Origin: Glycera tridactyla | Lineage: Eukaryota | DNA: 64,000 nucleotides | Assembly (NCBI GenBank): GCA_965644265.1 | Contig: OZ286461.1 | Coordinates: 62,248,001 to 62,312,000 of the forward strand | Direction of reading: 5' to 3' | Shown: positions 39,501 through 51,095 of the stretch, piece by piece | Numbering within the stretch: position 1 is the first letter of the stretch | Layout of the letters: each line of letters opens with the position of its first letter | Translations under genes and position numbers: made by a program | The notes under the pieces: generated by a model | Told to the model about the DNA's origin: nothing | Database searches by the model: none | Seen by the model: only the letters and a program-made list of their open reading frames with translations

Positions 39501-42217
39501 TGTACCAATAGGTGACGTCAAAATGAGCAGTGATATAAAAGAATCTGAAGAAACACTGTCAGATGGCACTACTGTCAAACGTAAAATCACAGTGACTGAA
39601 CACATTCAATCGACTCAAGAGACAATACTCGTTGACGGTAAAGAACAGATTGTTGAAGGTGAACAACCACTGGGCACTTCCATTCAAGAGGAAATACTTG
39701 AATTACCTCCTGGTATAACTGACATTCCTATTGCAGGTGTTCAGATCAGTACATCCGTGAGGGACTCTGAATCAACACAAGCTAATGGCACTTGGGAAAA
39801 GAAGAAAATTATCACTAAGAAGGTTGTTGTTACTGGAGAGGTTATGTATGGGGAGCCAGGGCAGGAAGTGATCAGTCCCATTGAGGGTGCACCTTTAGAG
39901 GCCGTCCCTGGTCAGAAGTTAGAGGGTGCTGTCCCAACACCAAGTGGTGTCATATCTTCAGTGAATATTGGAGATATACAGCAAAGAGTAGATGTACAAC
40001 ATTCAGTAGAGACACTTGCAGATGAGTCAGTTGTCAAGAGAACCATAAGCACCACTTTCCATGTCCAACCAGTGCGGGAAGTTCGTATTGTTGATGGCAC
40101 TGAGCAGCCCCAGGAAACAGAGAAGCCTGTCGGAACTGAGGTTGTTGAGGAGGTGACTGAGCTCCCAGTTGGCATCCGTGAAATCCCTATTGCCGGTGTA
40201 CGCATCAAGACCTCTGTCCAAGATTCCTCAGCAACTATGCCTGATGGCACATGGCTGAAGAAACAGGTCATTACAAAGACAATCATTGTTACGGGCAATA
40301 TTGCTTATGCCGAACCCGGTTCTGAGGGTTCAACCCTGACTCCTTTAGGTGAAGCTACAACTACTACAAATGTAGAGGAATCCGAAGAAACTCTAGAGAC
40401 TGGCAACACTGTCAAACGTAAGATCACCACAGTCAATCACATCATGCCCGTTTCTCAACAAATTGTTGTGGGTAACCAGGAGATAAGCAGAACTTCTGAA
40501 CATCTGCTTGGGTCAGATATCCTTGAAGAAGCAACAGAATTCCCTCCTGGGATGAAAGAAGTGCCCATAGCTGGGGTAAGAATCGAAACTTCCGTTAGTG
40601 AATCAGAATCCACTCAGCAGGGAGGTGCTTGGGAAAAACGTAAAGTTGTATATCAAAAGATTATTGTCATAGGTGAGGTTGCATATGCAGATCAGACAGA
40701 CACAACAGGCCAAGTAGTTTTCAAAATTTCCATGGAAGGGGCCCCACCAGGTGATGAAGTGTTAGATGAGGAGATGGAGGAGATGGAGGATATGTTGCCT
40801 GATGGTTCCCTGATCATTCGTAAAATATACACCACCAGATCTCATGGGAAGGTTGTGAAGCGAATAGTCACTCAGACAGCAGATGGTCATATCACTGAGC
40901 AAGTAATCACTGAGCATCCAGATGGTAGGGTCACAGAAGAAATGATCAGTGAGGGGGTTTCAGGGCCCGCTGTACTACCTCCAACACCAGCTGGCGAGCA
41001 GCAGCTAGCCAGAGAAGCAGTTCCAGAAGAAGAAATCATTCCTGATGCAACCCAACGTGTGCAAGCAGTGAAACCTATGCTCTCACCCATGAAATCTCAA
41101 CCAGCTGCTAGGCCAGAAGCATTCGAGGAGCCGATAATATCTGAAGAGACCAAAACTGTGCAGCGACGTGTTGTCATGGATGATGACACAATTTTGGCGG
41201 GAGAATCTGCATCTGCCCACACTGAAGCACCATTCAAACCCATCAGACCCTCATCAGATGATTTTGATGAAGTTGAAGAAGTGCTTCCAGATGGAACTGT
41301 TGTAAAGCGGAAAATTGTCAAGACTAAAGTAAAGAAAATGGTGACCAAGAAGATAAGAAGAGTTGGACCTGATGGTGAAGTCATTGAGGATGTTATCACT
41401 GAAGAAGTTCCAGAATCTGAATTTTCCGATACATCTAGTTTCAAATCAAGTTTGAGTGATGCACGTGAAGGTGTGATATCACCAGTTCCCTCAATTACAT
41501 CACCAATTGGAGAGCTTGCATCTCCATATGATTCAGATGTGGAACATGCATCCGTGAAAGTGTTCACTGACACCATTGAAGGTGAACCACAAATTGAAAC
41601 TGATGTTCAAGAATTCGAAGAAACACTACCAGATGGTACCATCATAAAACGGAAAGTGATCAAAACTCGTCAGAAACAGATGGTTGTTCGTCGTATGGTG
41701 ATGGAAGGGCCAGAAAAAGATTTGCCCACTACAGAAGAGCAAGCACAAATGATTCTCCAACAGGATCTCCAAGCTGATCCTGAAATGCGAGTGTATACTG
41801 ATCATATTGAAATGGAACCAGAGGTCCATACGGATAGCCAGGAGTATGAAGAGACATTACCAACTGGTCAAGTGGTGAAGAAAAAGATCAACATCACAAC
41901 AGAGCAGCAAATGCGTACGGAGCGTAAGCTGATGGAGGGAGCTGATGTAATTCCAGGGTTATTAGACTTTACTGATGGAGCCATTGGGCCAACAGACTCA
42001 TTAGAAATAAGTGGTGTAGAGGAAGAAATTGTTCCGGACATTCAGGACCGTAAGCTCCTGCCAAAGATGCCTCCACTACAAGACTACAGTGTAGAAGAAG
42101 ACGAACTTGTGCATGCTGAGCGCATTCAAGCAGCCAAGAGTGCCCCACCACGTCTTCCAGAACCAGAGGGCATCCAAGAAGAACCGATTGTACCTGAACC
42201 AAGACCACCAGTTGCAG
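24503..42217 (+). CDS. Giant internal coding exon, 17,715 nt / 5905 codons, encoding an acidic Pro/Val/Glu-rich tandem-repeat polypeptide (giant-ankyrin-like long exon)
   Basis: The ORF track gives 24535-42249 (GTG start, not a true start). An in-frame TGA at 24478-24480 is followed by the acceptor GATATTTCAG at 24501-24502. Donor GCAG|GTACTA at 42217/42218 lies 10 codons before the ORF stop. Phase 1-1, like all the flanking exons. Confidence 0.9.
25162..40690 (+). repeat. Coding tandem array of about 32 units (~120-aa module: PKGD...LPDG...QPVEE...DG...GxEV.E....LP.G...IP..G..VETSV.DSE..LPDGTWQKK......GEVVYAEP, plus a variable Pro-rich linker)
   Basis: Manual count of PKGD-like starts and GEVVYAEP-like ends in the translated ORF. 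The first unit is N-terminally truncated, and the outer units are diverged. Confidence 0.9.
31849..38208 (+). repeat. Homogenised core of the array: 12 near-identical 531/534-nt (177/178-aa) units
   Basis: The CCCAAAGG anchor recurs at 31849, 32380, 32914, 33448, 33979, 34510, 35041, 35572, 36103, 36637, 37168 and 37699, then at 38209 after a shorter linker. Synonymous sites are shared. Confidence 0.97.
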
Positions 42218-45200
42218 GTACTATAGCCTATTTAGGCATGACAGCTTGAAATGCCTCCTACTCAGAAGATCCTCTGCTTGATTTTTATACCTCAAGGATG
42301 ATTTGCTTTGCAGTTGTACACATTAAAGTTCAAATTTTCTGTGCAGTTAGGCATAGAATGTCATTCACTACATCTCCCCTGCATGATCTCATGTCCTTCC
42401 TTGACCTGCTTTTCATGCCTTAGGATATCACTTTCCTATTACTCACCAAGCACCGCTTTCACCCGACACACAACAAGCTTCACTCGAGTGCTGTGACAAG
42501 ATATGGTTGAGACGTGGCTGCCTGGTAAATGAGGATGATGGCTGTGTGCTTCTCTCTGCCTGTGACTGCCTTCAGATGGTCATACCACCAAATAGGCACT
42601 CATGTGTAGCAGCTCACCTACCTACCCAACTACTACCAAGGCTCAGCTTGTTGAATGTTTGCTTTACAAGCTTGCAACAAGTCAATCATGTTAAGCTGAA
42701 ACAAATCATTAAACGACTCTTGGAAGGCCGTGTTGTGTTCACCCGGGTAAAGGCGGCCCCAAAACTCCTTAACATACTCGTGATATTTCGGCCACATCCA
42801 GCTTATACTGTAATGGTGTTGAATATTTAATCGCTGAAAGTATTCTAGTCACCATCCAATGGACAATACATGTTGCTGTCTTGTGTGAAGGACTATTGAC
42901 ATATCACAGTGATAGTATACCACTGCCCTGAGGAGCTGAATGGCAGCATATCTGGCATATATGTATTGTACCATTGGGTATCAAACACCTCCACTCCTGA
43001 ATTTCAGTGTTTTTTTTGTGCTTTATTTGTGATTTGCTTTGGTTGATGGTTTCATTTAATAATGACGGGTTCAGTCGGGGAAGATCTGCACCTAAACACA
43101 TGCAACCGGCCTGGGGTTGGTTTTAGATATGGTGGCAGACAATATGCTTTGCATTTCAGTTTCATCTTGTATTATTTTGACATATTGTGGTACATTCGTT
43201 CAATCTGTTCATTTCACTATTTTCAACTTCCCTGAGACTGGACTTCATTAGAGTGAATGCTATATGATACCACCAACATATGACTGAAGTTTTCAATCAT
43301 AGGTACTGTTTTAGGAACTGACACTTCATTGACCATACAGAAACAAACACATCCAAAACATCAACCATGAATCAGCATGTGTAATCTTCTTTGAGTTGAC
43401 TTTGAAGTGATCATCGTCAATGTTCTGTTTCTCAGAGCTTCGAGCAACTTCTGGACAATAATGTATTGAGGACATTCAAAGAAAGTAAGAGGATTGGGAA
43501 TCATTGGAATCTAGTGGCATGTTCTTTCATGACAATCTTTATAATTAAAGACCATGAATTTCTCAACTCGATGGTAGCCATCTTGCTGATGGGCAATACC
43601 TGGCTTGCTGTAGAGAGCTGAAAATGTCTCACCTTGTCTGTTACTATGTGCATGATGCAGTCTTTATAAGTTATCGAGAATGTAAGAGATTGACCGTACC
43701 TAGCTCCTGTCAAAGGAACCGCTCAAACTTTTGGTTTGGTTTGAGCTGAAACAGTCAAAGACTGTAACTTGTACATCTCAGTGATCTCTCTCATTCTGTG
43801 TGATTGGAAACACACATCAAATTCATCCACATTGATTTTATAGACTTGTTGAATCGGCTGTTCCAAGTCTCACCATTCATCATATCCTACTAAATATATA
43901 GACGAAGTAATTTCTACCAAGGCCTGTTGACATTAAGGCCTTTGTTGTATTATTTTTAATGTTCAGCCATGGCATAAAATGGACATTCAAGAGAGGGAAA
44001 GGTTCAAGTGCCATTTTGAAGGATCAAGAAGTCAATGTTGAATATATGGAGTCAGCACTGTGACCCTGCCCGCCGCAGTGCTTACTGGCAGTCAATCTGC
44101 ATCACATGGTGCACTTTCATGAGATATCCCAGGCCTGATTATGAGGTACATTAGAGATGACAGTGTCCTACCCTCAAAATGGTTTAACGAATGTACCTCA
44201 GCTCTCACTTTTTCAATTGAAATAACCATCAGTGTCATCTTCTTGTTTTATTATACGTTAGGTAGAAGTGTGAAATGAAAATCCATGACTAGTGGAATCA
44301 AGTTCAGTTTTCACCATTGCCTCTCAGCTTCCCTATCACCATGTGTATGGGGTCTGTGAGAGTGAAGCCTGCCGAGAACATAGCATCCAGCCTTCATAGA
44401 CCAGGAACACATGAAATACATAATCTCCGAGGTTGATACTTGCTGTTTGTGTTCAATCAATCAATTGATCAATCTTTCACCAGTGGATTAAGTGGAAATT
44501 TTCCTTCGTATCATTCCAATGCTTTTCATGATAGTAGCACTGATTGAATAGCAATAACCAGCTACTCCATGAACATTACTGCTAATCATCTGAAAATTCC
44601 ACCATTTTTGGTGTTATTCTATGCAGCAAACATCTATCTATTTTCAGGTTGAAATAAAACAATGCTGGGCTTTTAGTGCTCAACCAACTGGCGGATTATT
44701 GTGAATTTTGAATACTGAGTGGCATCAGTTGATGCTGGTATCATTGAATCTCAATGCGACTATCAGTAACAGGAGGATATTGAAATGTACTGAAGGTTAC
44801 TGATGCTATATCCACCATGGCCTGGTGCTGGACTCTTTTGAGGAAAGTTGTACATCTGGCTGCCCGTAATGTTCTCCTGAGTACGCTCAGGAGGAAAACA
44901 TTTGCATCTGGGTCATTATTTTCTTGTGGTATTGCACTAGATGAAAACTGTACTTGTGGTATCAATAGTGTCTGATCTCACAGCATACCAATTTTTTCCC
45001 AGGATGAGAATTGCTGTTGGGAAGGGAATTGAGTATTGGTGAAGTAGACACAGTTCACAGAAATGGGTGAATTTTGACACGGTGCTGCAGTGCATCTCAT
45101 TCTACAGAAGTAGTTTCTGTTTCTCTCATGCTTTCATGATTAACCCTTTTTCATTTTGTCAGAGTTATTTGACATCTACCACAGGCTTCCATTCACATTT

Positions 45201-47064
45201 TTGATTCACAACATATACGTTATAGATGAATTCAGGTGAAATTTCAGTGGAAAATGTAGTCCACTCTTCCTAGTTTATAAGTATCTGTAAACATTACATT
45301 CCTGGACTCACACATTGAGGGAAAACACTGTCAGTTTTGTGAATATTTGTTTTACAAAAGTAATGGAAAATACTTCACTTGCAATGACTGGTATAGATTA
45401 TGTTTCTAGGCTCAAGCATCTCAGTTTCAAGAATATTTGTTGTAGAAACATGATCAGATAGATCTTCATTTCATTTTGAGAACACAATAAGCAAGACCCT
45501 GGGTCTATGAAAATTTGAAATATGTTCAGCATCATATGCCTTGCTGAAAGAAATGCTTGCATTTCTGTGGTGCAATGAGCCAATGCTTCATGTCTAGTGT
45601 TTTGTGACAAATACACAGGTTACATAACATCTTGAGTGTCGGTGAATTTCACAATATTCTCACCTTTTGAGGACCCAGAAGGGGGAGTCTTGAATTATCA
45701 CACACATGGGTAGTCTTAGTATAGCCCAAATGGTGCTAGCAAGATGTAGAACAATCAACCAACCAGCTACAGTGTCCCATGTCAGTTTCGATTGAACCTG
45801 ACGGATGCTGAAAATGGTCTAATTTTTGGGTGATAAAGATGTTGCGCGGGTGGAAGCATGTGAGAGAAATGCCTGACGAAATAGGGTTAATCAACTTGCT
45901 GTTCTAAGGTGGCACTGATTAGATGGTTATCTTGGGTTTAGATGGTGCACACTCATTGTACAAGGCTTGAGGTTTAAATTGCAATATACCATGGCTGGCT
46001 TCAGGATAACATAAATTCACCTAGGATGAAATGTTTCAATTCTTCCTAGGTCCGATCCAGATTGTCCAAATCTTTCTTCAAAAATGAGATAGGAACTAGT
46101 TCAACTTATAGTGATACAAATTTTCAAAAATAAGTTTGAATTATAACAAATGGATGATAAAAAGTGATCAGAAATTATCAGAATTTGACTTAAGCTTCAG
46201 ATCAGATGTGGGTTTATTTTTTGAAAAATTGATCAGTCGATTGTTAGCCATGGTATAGAAACAAAGATACATTTCTCGTTTTAGGGGGGATGGGAAGATG
46301 TTTCACTCATGTTAAGCAAAGGATAATCTTCCATTCCTGCCGAAACAGTCTTGTATTCCAGCTAAACTCTCTCAATGCACTCTTCACAACGTCACATACG
46401 CACATACATCGTCTTGCACTAGCTCTCATGTGGTTTCGGTTCATCTTCTTCCATCATCACGTCCCCAATCATTTATCATTGGAAATTATATCATACATAG
46501 ATGCAAATTTTCATCATCCGAACTTGACAGAAATTACCGCTATTTTTTTCAAAAAGCAGTTGACAATTTGGATCCATCTGATTGGGAGGCAAATCTGGTT
46601 GATTCATAATTAGCGTAGTAATTTGCTTGTTGTAACAGCAGAATTCAATGTAGTTTATAAGAGGCCTGCTTCACTTTGGGATTTATCAGATAACCAAATT
46701 ATGAAATGTACCTTTTTGTCATCTCTCATGTGCGAAAAGGCTTAAAGTTTAGGCAAGGGTTTAGGCAAGATTGTGAACGGGAAAGATTAAGCTAAAAGTT
46801 TTGGTAGTCCGAAAATGAAAATTGTTATGATTTCAGGGTAATGATCAGTCTTCTTGGGATAACATATTGGCTTCTTATGCAGAACAATACTTGGAGAAAT
46901 TCATGATCCTCTTATTTGATCATTGCAATTACTTTCGTCATCACTCATACAAATTGGCGTCATTACCAATTACTATTACCAATAGTTGGCATCTATGTGG
47001 TACTGATTTGGCGATCCTATGACTGAGTAGCTCGGTTACTCAGTGTGAAGTAGTATAGGTATTA

Positions 47065-47241
47065 CAGTCAAACCTGTCCTAAGCAGCCACCCTTCAAGAA
47101 GGCAAAAAGTGGCTGCCTAGGGCAGGTGGCTGCTTAGAGCAGGTTAATCATAGTGGAAAAACCCCTGTTGGGAAATTCAAAAGTGGCTGCTTAGGGCAGG
47201 TGGCTGCTTAGTACAGTGGCTGCCTAGGACAGGTTAGACTG
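47065..47241. mobile_element. 177-bp Tc1/mariner-superfamily (pogo/Tigger-like) MITE
   Basis: 26-bp TIRs CAGTCAAACCTGTCCTAAGCAGCCAC / GTGGCTGCCTAGGACAGGTTAGACTG (24/26 match), TA on both flanks, internal repeats of GTGGCTGCYTAG. Confidence 0.9.
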
Positions 47242-48893
47242 TATATCCGAAACCCATTGTGGGAGGTCTTACACTTCGGTGAATTGTTTTTTGTCAGATT
47301 TCATCACCAAGATCATATTGTACTGTAGAGAGATGCCTAGGAAGGTTTATTCATGTATTCAGTTTTAGTGGGGAGTCATTTGAGTTGAAATTTTTATGCC
47401 AGAATGTTGGTATTTCAAGGAGAGAAGACTGATACACACATACTTGATGGCAGGCATGCATGCACTCACACAGACACAAACAGACACACAAACCACCTCA
47501 CATCCTGTTGATGGTTCAGTCCATATATCAGTGCACACTCTCACTGTTTTCATTGATGTGATGGAAGAAAATATCAGTTTCATTGGTCAAAGCCAGACCC
47601 ATGAGCTTGACACACAAGGACATTGGTGCACTTGGCACTGCATGATTTCATCAGAATTTAGTTCCTCACACAGAATTGGTCCCATGCAATCCCCAGAGAC
47701 GTTATGTTCTTTTGGTTTCATTTAGTGAGACTGTACCACTGCAGTTTCACATTTTATGAGGTTTCATTTGGAGATATCTCAGCTGTGAAATATCATTAGA
47801 CTCATGGATAGATTTTCATGATTTATGGAAATCAAATATTGTTGACTCATCTCTGTTTCCACTTGTATTTTCGCCGTTCATCAAGCATTGAACTTATCTT
47901 TTGTTTTAACCTCTTGGCAACTCATGGTCATTATCTATCTTCCAATATTTGGCCGACCTGTGAGCCGTTAAGAAATTATGACGACTGTGATGAAACTGCA
48001 ATGTTTAGAGAACAACACTGTCAATGACGATAAACAAAACCTGCCGTCTACATCATCCAAAGACTCTTCGATATTCATTCAAATAGTCAGTACATAGTTG
48101 GGAAAGTCTGGCTAAAATGCAATTTGAAGGTTCCTTTTATGTCAGTGAAGCGGGGTGAATGTTGGGGGTACGGGACTAGGGGTACGGGAATTAACCCTAT
48201 TGGTGGTTTTTAGGCAAAGGTGAGTTACTAACTGTGTGGTCATACTAAAATATGCAATACACTGCTAATAGATTTGAATCCATCGCCATTTTTTTCCCAT
48301 GATGATTTTTCCCGATCCTGGACATGCCGTGATTGAATCGAATTCGAATAATGATCATTCGCCTTACTCACCCTCACAATTTCTGTTCAGTTCCCTTTAG
48401 TTTCATATTCATTCAAAAATTTGAAATGGTCACCATATTCATGTTTGATATGTATATATACAAATGATGTAAATTTTCACAGAGTTTACAGAATCCCAAA
48501 TATTTTATGAAAAACTCAAAATTCCTGAAATCTTTCAGTATATTGGGATCTTTTCAGAAAATTTGAACCAGTGTCTAACCATTGATATTGCTGTACCTGA
48601 AGGTTAGTCTTGGCAATTCAAAAAGGACTCATCATTGAGGATGAAAATCCATGAACAGATGAGGTACACAAGATCATTGCCTCTGATGGTATGGTGTGAT
48701 CTTTCCCATGTAAAATATCACTCTTTTGCATATGATGATCCCATCTGTCAATTCACTTGAGTGGAACCCGGAATGAAATAGACCTTAACAGTCTATTTTT
48801 CTGGAATACTAGATGCTCCATCATGGAATTCTGGCACTTTGGCCTTAAGATTGGTTGTGTCTGAATCTCGAAAAAGAGCATGATGGGGGAATT

Positions 48894-49042
48894 CAGTCAA
48901 ATATGCCCCCAATACCATGTCTATAAAGACCACCTGCCTGCAAAGGCCAGGTTTTGTTTATGGTTGTAGTAGTTTACAAGGCCACCTGTCTACAAAGACT
49001 TGTATCATGACTGCGGGTCGCCTTAATAGACAGCTTTGACTG
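48894..49042. mobile_element. Degenerate MITE of the same CAGTCAAA-ended class
   Basis: Ends CAGTCAAA...TTTGACTG with internal TGTCTATAAAGACCACC and inverted GGTCGCCTTAATAGACA. TA duplications are not intact. Confidence 0.5.
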
Positions 49043-50990
49043 CAATTCATCTCCCACAATGACATAAATGTGTTCGCAATTTGCCAGTATGATCCTATCA
49101 TACATCACTTGTAGTGTGTCTGAGTATCGGGATTGTATGATATCAAATTTGAATATGATGATACACAGCTGCCCATTCAAAGCATTCATCCCGTTGTTTT
49201 TTTTCACCAGTGTGCTCCCAGCCGTTATTCCCTTTTTGGAGTGTGTGTTGTCTTTTTCCCATTTTTGGCATTCATTTCATTGCTACGCAGGTAGTCAAGA
49301 TTTGATAGAAAGGCTGCATGTTCATTTCAGAAGAAATTGCTTCTAGAAAGACTGATGCTATGTGTGTTCTCGATGAAAATCTAATTTTTTTCACACAGAT
49401 TTTCATGACTACCTGCTTTAAGGGGTAAGTCTCAAAAATGACTCACTGGCACTCAGTAAATTCAGGATCACATTGAAGCCTGATTCAGAGGATCACAGTA
49501 ATAGGACTGCTCTATGTGATGCTGATATTTGAAGATGGGCGTCACGACAGTATTTGAAGATTATCAAGACTATATTACATATTCTTCATAAATTACTAGG
49601 ACCTTTGAGTTGATTCATCTGATCAGTCTCGATTCCTATGTATTACACTGTGAACTTTTTTTCCAAACAAATGCCATGATTGGGTAGACATTTTGGATAT
49701 GTGAGTCATTTTCCGAAGCAGATGATGAGTTCTGATTAAAAAATGTTACAGTTGATGAACATTTGTATTTGGGGGGAGTTGGATTGTAATCCCATTTGAA
49801 GGGAGAGTTATAATCATTCCAATGTGTTGATGAGTATTTAAGTGAAAAAAGACACTGTGTAGGAACAGCTGATTGAACCTATCACCACAAAGTCCGTAGG
49901 AGTATCAACATTGAAATGATTAAATCCTGTGATGTCGATCTAATTGTTCGGAATTTATATCTTTGATGATGCTTATTGTTTGGAAAAAGTAATGAATATT
50001 AGATTTTGGGTGAAGTTACGTTATCATGAGTTACGTTATCATGAGTGGAAAAAACGGTTGCCTCTATGATGGACTTGCCCCAAATGACGTAATTAATGAC
50101 GTAATTAAGCCATGAGCATCCAGTGATTTCCCGGTAAATACCATGAATCGTCTTCATCAATAGTGAATTGCGATTCAAAGACTTATTCATTAGTCATCCC
50201 AATAACGCCAAGGCGCTGGGAGTATACCATTGAAGTTGAAGCAGATGTATAGTGGTTGCATATTTTAGTTGCCTCATCACAGTTAGTCTATGCAGAGCGA
50301 AATGTTAGTTCAATTATTGTATGAAACAATGTCATAGAAGTTTTGAACTATTGCATTTCTTTTCCTGAAGAGCTAGGTCATGAAATAAGGATTAGAGTCA
50401 TCAATAAAGAATATTGTCATTCATGAAATCTTCAATGGTAGAAGATGAGATGGTTTCCATTTCTCAAGAAGTGACTGAAGGCAGGGAAGAGGAAATACAA
50501 TTGCAATATTTCCTGCCTATTGGAGACATCCACTCATTAATTTCATGTGTTTGCATGCCTTTCCAATCCACATGATAGGGGTTGGAATTACCAATTCAAC
50601 AACTCCTGGATTTCAAATCGGTAATTGCAGAATTCATATCATGATGTACATTTCCTGATCCATGTACAACTTCAGTGACAAAATAGAACATCACATTATT
50701 CCATGTTGTCATGATAGTGATACTTTTTTGCATTGATACACAAAATGATGATTGTTCACAGGGGTGACATTATCGAAGAAGTTGACCTTTATTTTCAGGA
50801 TTGTTTTTTAGAGTAGTCTTACTTAGAGATTGCAGTAAGGCATCATTTTGACTGTATAGCTCTCAGTGTTACTTATTGTTATTGTGAAGACATAAATGTC
50901 ATTATTGTTTCCTTTCAGCTTCTGATATGTATTTTCAATCTAACCATATCACTCACTTGTTCTATCACCCCCTTTTCTTTCCTGCAACAG

Positions 50991-51095
50991 AGGGTCGGCC
51001 AGTCGCTGAGATTATCGCAGCCCAGCAAGTAACACAGATCCACGCCGAGCCACCATCAGTCGATATCACAGACCAACAGCGTGCTACGTTGGAAG
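50991..51095 (+). CDS. Internal exon, 105 nt (EGRPVAEIIAAQQVTQIHAEPPSVDITDQQRATLE-)
   Basis: CCCTTTTCTTTCCTGCAACAG acceptor and GAAG|GTAGAT donor. Phase 1-1, 35 codons, GC-rich island in an AT-rich intron. Confidence 0.8.

Noticed and set aside
25465-40570. S/T-x-I-P words inside the giant exon (STIP, SDIP, TDIP, TEIP) as EB1-binding motifs
   Set aside because: They lie in acidic context, and most fall at the conserved LP-G--IP position of the repeat module. Functional SxIP motifs need basic, disordered flanks.
24903-41829. Many minus-strand ORFs (e.g. MIPAGRWVTVSCTSV... repeated) and off-frame plus-strand ORFs
   Set aside because: They are shadows of the giant exon's codon bias and repeat structure.
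24535-42249. Reading the 5904-aa ORF as a stand-alone (e.g. bacterial giant adhesin) gene starting at GTG
   Set aside because: There is no RBS, signal peptide or operon context, and the flanks are intron-like. AG/GT sites bracket the ORF in the same phase as neighbouring exons.
46496-46997. CATAGATGCAAAT / GTTGGCATCTATG as TIRs of a second hAT-like element
   Set aside because: The match is only 11/13 and there is no target-site duplication.
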